Shown piece after piece: positions 57,807 to 64,000 of a stretch of 64,000 nt of DNA. This DNA comes from the human T2T-CHM13v2.0 reference genome, Homo sapiens. The notes beneath the pieces were generated by a model. That model ran no database searches. It was not told where the DNA came from and was given only the letters and a program-made list of their open reading frames with translations. Position numbers and translations under genes: made by a program. Where the stretch lies: assembly GCF_009914755.1 (NCBI RefSeq), contig NC_060925.1; one strand, written 5' to 3'. How positions within the stretch are numbered: position 1 is the first letter of the stretch; the number at the start of each line of letters is the position of its first letter.

Positions 57807-57859
57807 TTAAGATATAATCATCTTGTTCTTTTTCGTACATTAGCAAAGGAAACCATGAA

Positions 57860-57995
57860 ACCACACGTTAGAATTGAGGGGACTTTGAAGTCAGGGAGTC
57901 TCTTTTTTACAGTTGAAGAGGCTCCAACAAACGTCAATGGTTTGCTCATGGGTACATGGCTAGTAAACACCAGAGCTGGCTCTAGGACTCGCATT
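57860..57995 (-). mobile_element. MIR fragment
   Basis: ttttacagttgaagaggctc...ggtttgctcatgggtacatggctagtaaa. Confidence 0.55.
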
Positions 57996-58142
57996 GATGT
58001 CGGTTAATTGATATACCTGACCCCGCTACTAGCGCACAATTACTGCCCTGCGTCAGGCCAAATCAGGGGCATGGATCATCATGTTGGGGACACTACCCCA
58101 AAGGAGGAGATGACATGGCTGTCCACAAACCGGGAGCCCAGT

Positions 58143-58895
58143 TGTGCCCAGAATTGGTTCCTTCTGGTTGGTTCTTGGTCTCGCTGACTTCAAAAATGAA
58201 GCCGCGGACCCTCACAGTGAGTGGTACAGTTCTAAAGATGGTGTGTCTGAAGTTTGTTCCTTCAGATGTTGAGATGTGTTCAGAGTTTCTTCCTTCTGGT
58301 AGGTTTGTGGTCTCACTGACTTCATGAGTGAAGCCACAGACCTTTGCAGTGAGTGTTACAACTCTTAAAGGTGGTGTGTGTGGAGTTCTCTGTTCCTCCT
58401 GGTGGATTCGTGGTCTTGCTGGCTTCAGGACTGAAGCTGCAGACCTTCACGGTGACTGTTAATCTCACAAAGGTAGCACAAACCCAAAGACTGAGCAGCA
58501 GTAAAATTTATTGCTAAGAACAAAAGAACAAAGCTTCCACAGTTAGAAGACGACTGGCGGAGATTACCGCTGCTGGCTCAGGTGGCCAGCTTTTATTCCC
58601 TTATTTGGTCCCACCCACATCCTGCTGATTGGTCCACTTTTCAGAGCACTGATTGGTCCATTTTACAGAGTGCTGATTGGTCCGTTTTTACTGAGTGCTG
58701 ATTGGTGCATTTACAAACCTTTAGCTAGACACAGAGCGCTGACTGGTGCGTTTTTACAGAGTGCTGATTGGTGTGTTTACAAACCTTTAGCCAGACGCAG
58801 AGCGCTGATTGGTGTGTTTACAATCCTTTAGCTAGACAGAAAAGTTATCCAAGTCCCCCCACCTGACCCAGAAGCCCAGCTGGATTCACCTCTCA
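58143..58895 (-). mobile_element. LTR12-family (ERV9) solo LTR, complete
   Basis: Reverse complement tgagaggtgaatccagctgggcttctgggtc...ccaattctgggcaca. Repeated ctgattgg (CCAAT) units; 4-bp TSD cagt/cggt. Confidence 0.92.
58620..58815 (-). promoter_or_regulatory. LTR12 U3 tandem CCAAT (NF-Y) repeats
   Basis: Six intact gattgg copies in tandem ~19-41-bp repeats. Promoter activity is inferred from the family, not shown here. Confidence 0.65.
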
Positions 58896-59426
58896 CGGTG
58901 GCCCTCCTGCTCACACAACCTGCCTACCTCTTGGGAAGACACCTCCTGTTTGGACTTGCTGGTTTTTGTGCAGTCACGCAGAAAGCCCCATTTCGCATGA
59001 CGCTAGCTGAACTAGAAGCAGAGAGACATGTACAACATTATAGATCTTTTATAGTTAAAAGGACCAGGAAATTCTGATCCCCTGTCCCTCTCAACACCCT
59101 CCCCCCGCCACCCAAAACAACCACCAGGAAAGCGTTCTGCACTTCAGTGGAAAAGGCAAATCTTGTAACACTTGGCCTTGGCCTAGGTGCTGGGTGTCCA
59201 GAGCGGATAGAGGCCCATGGCGACAGTTGTGCCAGCAGATTCCTGCTGCTAAGTCCCCGGCCTTTGCGCTCTGTGGCCTGGGCTGATGGGTGGGTGGGTG
59301 CCTTTATTTGCCTGGTTGAGGAGTGCACTCACTGGGGGCCATTTGGTTTGAAACATTTTTTGCAGCTAAGGGGTGGTAAAGATGACGCTAGTTTAGCTGA
59401 GTTTAAGGCTAATTAATCAGCCTTCT

Positions 59427-59848
<422 letters not shown>

Positions 59849-60776
59849 TAGCTCTAGAGTAAACAAACGCCTGGACTTTCTTCATCCCCTGAAGACAAAG
59901 AACTTGTTCATGAGCCTCTCCAGGCAGCTCGTGGTCTGAGCTGTCAGGAATGACGGATGAGCAGCTGCTTTTGCCGGCGCCTCCGCGGCAGCTAAGGTAG
60001 CGCTCACAGGACTGTCTACACCATGGACTCAGTGTTCAGGTGTTCAGGGAGTTATTATTGGAGCAGCTCACTCTATCTTAAGGCAGACAGCCCCGGGCAA
60101 AGCGCAGCGGATAAACACAAGTGACATCTTATGAAACCTAAGTTCATGTGAAATCCTAGATAATTCTGTTGTCAGAAGTGAAAATATATATTGCATTTTT
60201 ATCTAAAAATAAAAATGAATGTGATGATCTTTTTGCTCTTTGAGATCTAGATTTCGAAAATCTTTTCTTAGATGAAGAAGGAAGCCATTTCTTTGTACTA
60301 TATCTTGGAAGAAGATTTTTTTTAAAGGAAAGCTGTAGGCTATATATACAGTCAGAAATTTGAAAAGATGCATATATATTTATTGAAAACTAGAAATGTT
60401 TTTGAAATAATAATAAGTTTAAAAAAGGAGAACAGAGTAAAAAGTGGAAAAGCAGTTAATTACATAATACAATACGTATTAGAAAAGGGGAAACCACTCC
60501 GTTTTTCTGATCCTAATCCTAGGAAAAAAATTCCTTGGAGAAATCTGCATCTTAGGCAGCTCTGGGAAGAATCCAAGGGCCCTCACTCCATCTTTAAAGA
60601 GCCCACCCTGGCTTTTCCCAGTGGAATTTGCTATGTTTGGGAAGTTTAAAAAGTGTTTAAGACAATATGGATTTTGCAATGGGATTTACACATAATTAAC
60701 TCATGAGTCGCTTCTTTTGTGTTCCACTCTATGTCTGCTTTGTGGTTCCTGAAAGTCCTTGAAGAACCGGAGCTGA

Positions 60777-61274
<498 letters not shown>

Positions 61275-61472
61275 TGAATGCAGACTTACTTTGTTTTGAA
61301 CCCTGGGGGTTGAATAATGGAGGAATCTTCTCTGGAGGAGAGGTTTCTCTCTAGTGGAGGGAGCTTCCCTCTGTTTTCCCAGCTCCAGGATGCCTTTCTA
61401 CCAGTCCTGTGCTGTTCTCAGATTAACCGAGCAGCCTCTGGTTGGATGACTGGGTTAGGAATCCCCAATTTA

Positions 61473-62555
<1,083 letters not shown>

Positions 62556-62592
62556 TCAACTGGCAATTGTATTCTTATATTTCTTCTGTTTT

Positions 62593-62639
62593 AATAATTT
62601 ATCATTTGTTTCATGTGATAAAACAAATGATAAATTATT
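62593..62639. repeat. Perfect 19-bp inverted repeat, 9-nt spacer
   Basis: aataatttatcatttgttt-catgtgata-aaacaaatgataaattatt. Confidence 0.95.
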
Positions 62640-62672
62640 TGTAATTTATTATATATAATTAATTATTACTCA

Positions 62673-63191
<519 letters not shown>

Positions 63192-64000
63192 TCATGCTGG
63201 TGTGAATACGAAACTCGGGATACTTAAGGAACTTGCCCCAAATCATGTAGGAAATGGTAGCACTGAGATGAAAACCCAGGTCCCTGATTGCTTATCTGTG
63301 TTCTTGGCACATATTGCTGCTCAGAAGAGCAGTGGACCAGAGGAAAGCCTGGGCCTTTTGGGAGATAAGAATTTTCCAGTGATACTTTGTATCATTACCT
63401 GTGCCATACAAATTATAGACTGGTATTTTCAACCCTAAAAACACCCTCCCCTGACTCCACATCCTCCTGGGCCTAGAGAGTGAGGACCTTCCAGAGATCC
63501 TCACTCTGGAAGCAGTGTTGCTCACTGGGGCAACAATGATGGGAGTTGTCTGTGGATGGGCTTGAGAACAGCCTTACAGAAATGGGCACACCCAGTGTGG
63601 TTGGTGAGAAATGGACACGTGGTCCCAACACCCCTAGAGGGACGCCCAAGTGACTTTAAGGGCTAGGGACCCGAAAAAGCCTCAGATTTGGTCAGCGAGG
63701 ACAAAGAGCGTAACCTTTGACAACTGGAGGCCCCAGTGGATTCTCGGACATCATCACAGGGGCCACAGAGGTGGAGGGCCATGCTCTGGACCTCGTGGGA
63801 CAGGTCAGTCTTACCAGAGGAAAGAAGATTTTGGACCACTGTGTTCATCTCTGTCCAAGACGCCAAATCCACCTCCCTGAATCGGAATTCCACCCAGGAT
63901 AAGGAAAGAAGGAGGAGGTGAGAGCGGAAAACCCCAAAGTGACCAGAGGCCCTGGTTACACAAAATTAGTGGAATGTAAACCAGTTGTCCAACTGACTGA

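Noticed and set aside
58620-58830. Regularly repeated gctgattgg units resembling a repeat-spacer array
   Set aside because: These are the normal U3 CCAAT repeats of LTR12.

Overview
This is primate (most likely human or great-ape) non-coding genomic DNA, either intergenic or deep intronic. I cannot name the locus from sequence alone. I find no credible protein-coding gene, RNA gene, CRISPR array or prokaryote-type system. Most ORFs in the track are translations of Alu, L1, LTR, Tigger1 or low-complexity sequence, and the rest show no recognisable domain. About 60 Alu copies or fragments cover roughly a quarter of the window. Also present are several old L1 remnants, a near full-length Tigger1 DNA transposon carrying a nested MADE1, and solo LTRs (MER68, MLT1, MER34/39-like, MER41A, LTR8, THE1, MSTA, LTR12, MER21). 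Subfamily labels and boundaries come from recalled consensus sequences and are approximate. The most unusual observation is a local inverted duplication. About 180 bp of non-repeat DNA plus an adjacent Alu at 59.4-59.9 kb was copied into an MLT1 LTR at 49.9-50.7 kb, with an A-tail, a 16-bp target-site duplication (TSD) and an L1-endonuclease-type target. This looks like an Alu 5' transduction or template-switch event that landed about 9 kb from its source. A second, smaller templated copy of a neighbouring Alu segment (38.0 kb) and a perfect 19-bp hairpin (62.6 kb) are also notable.
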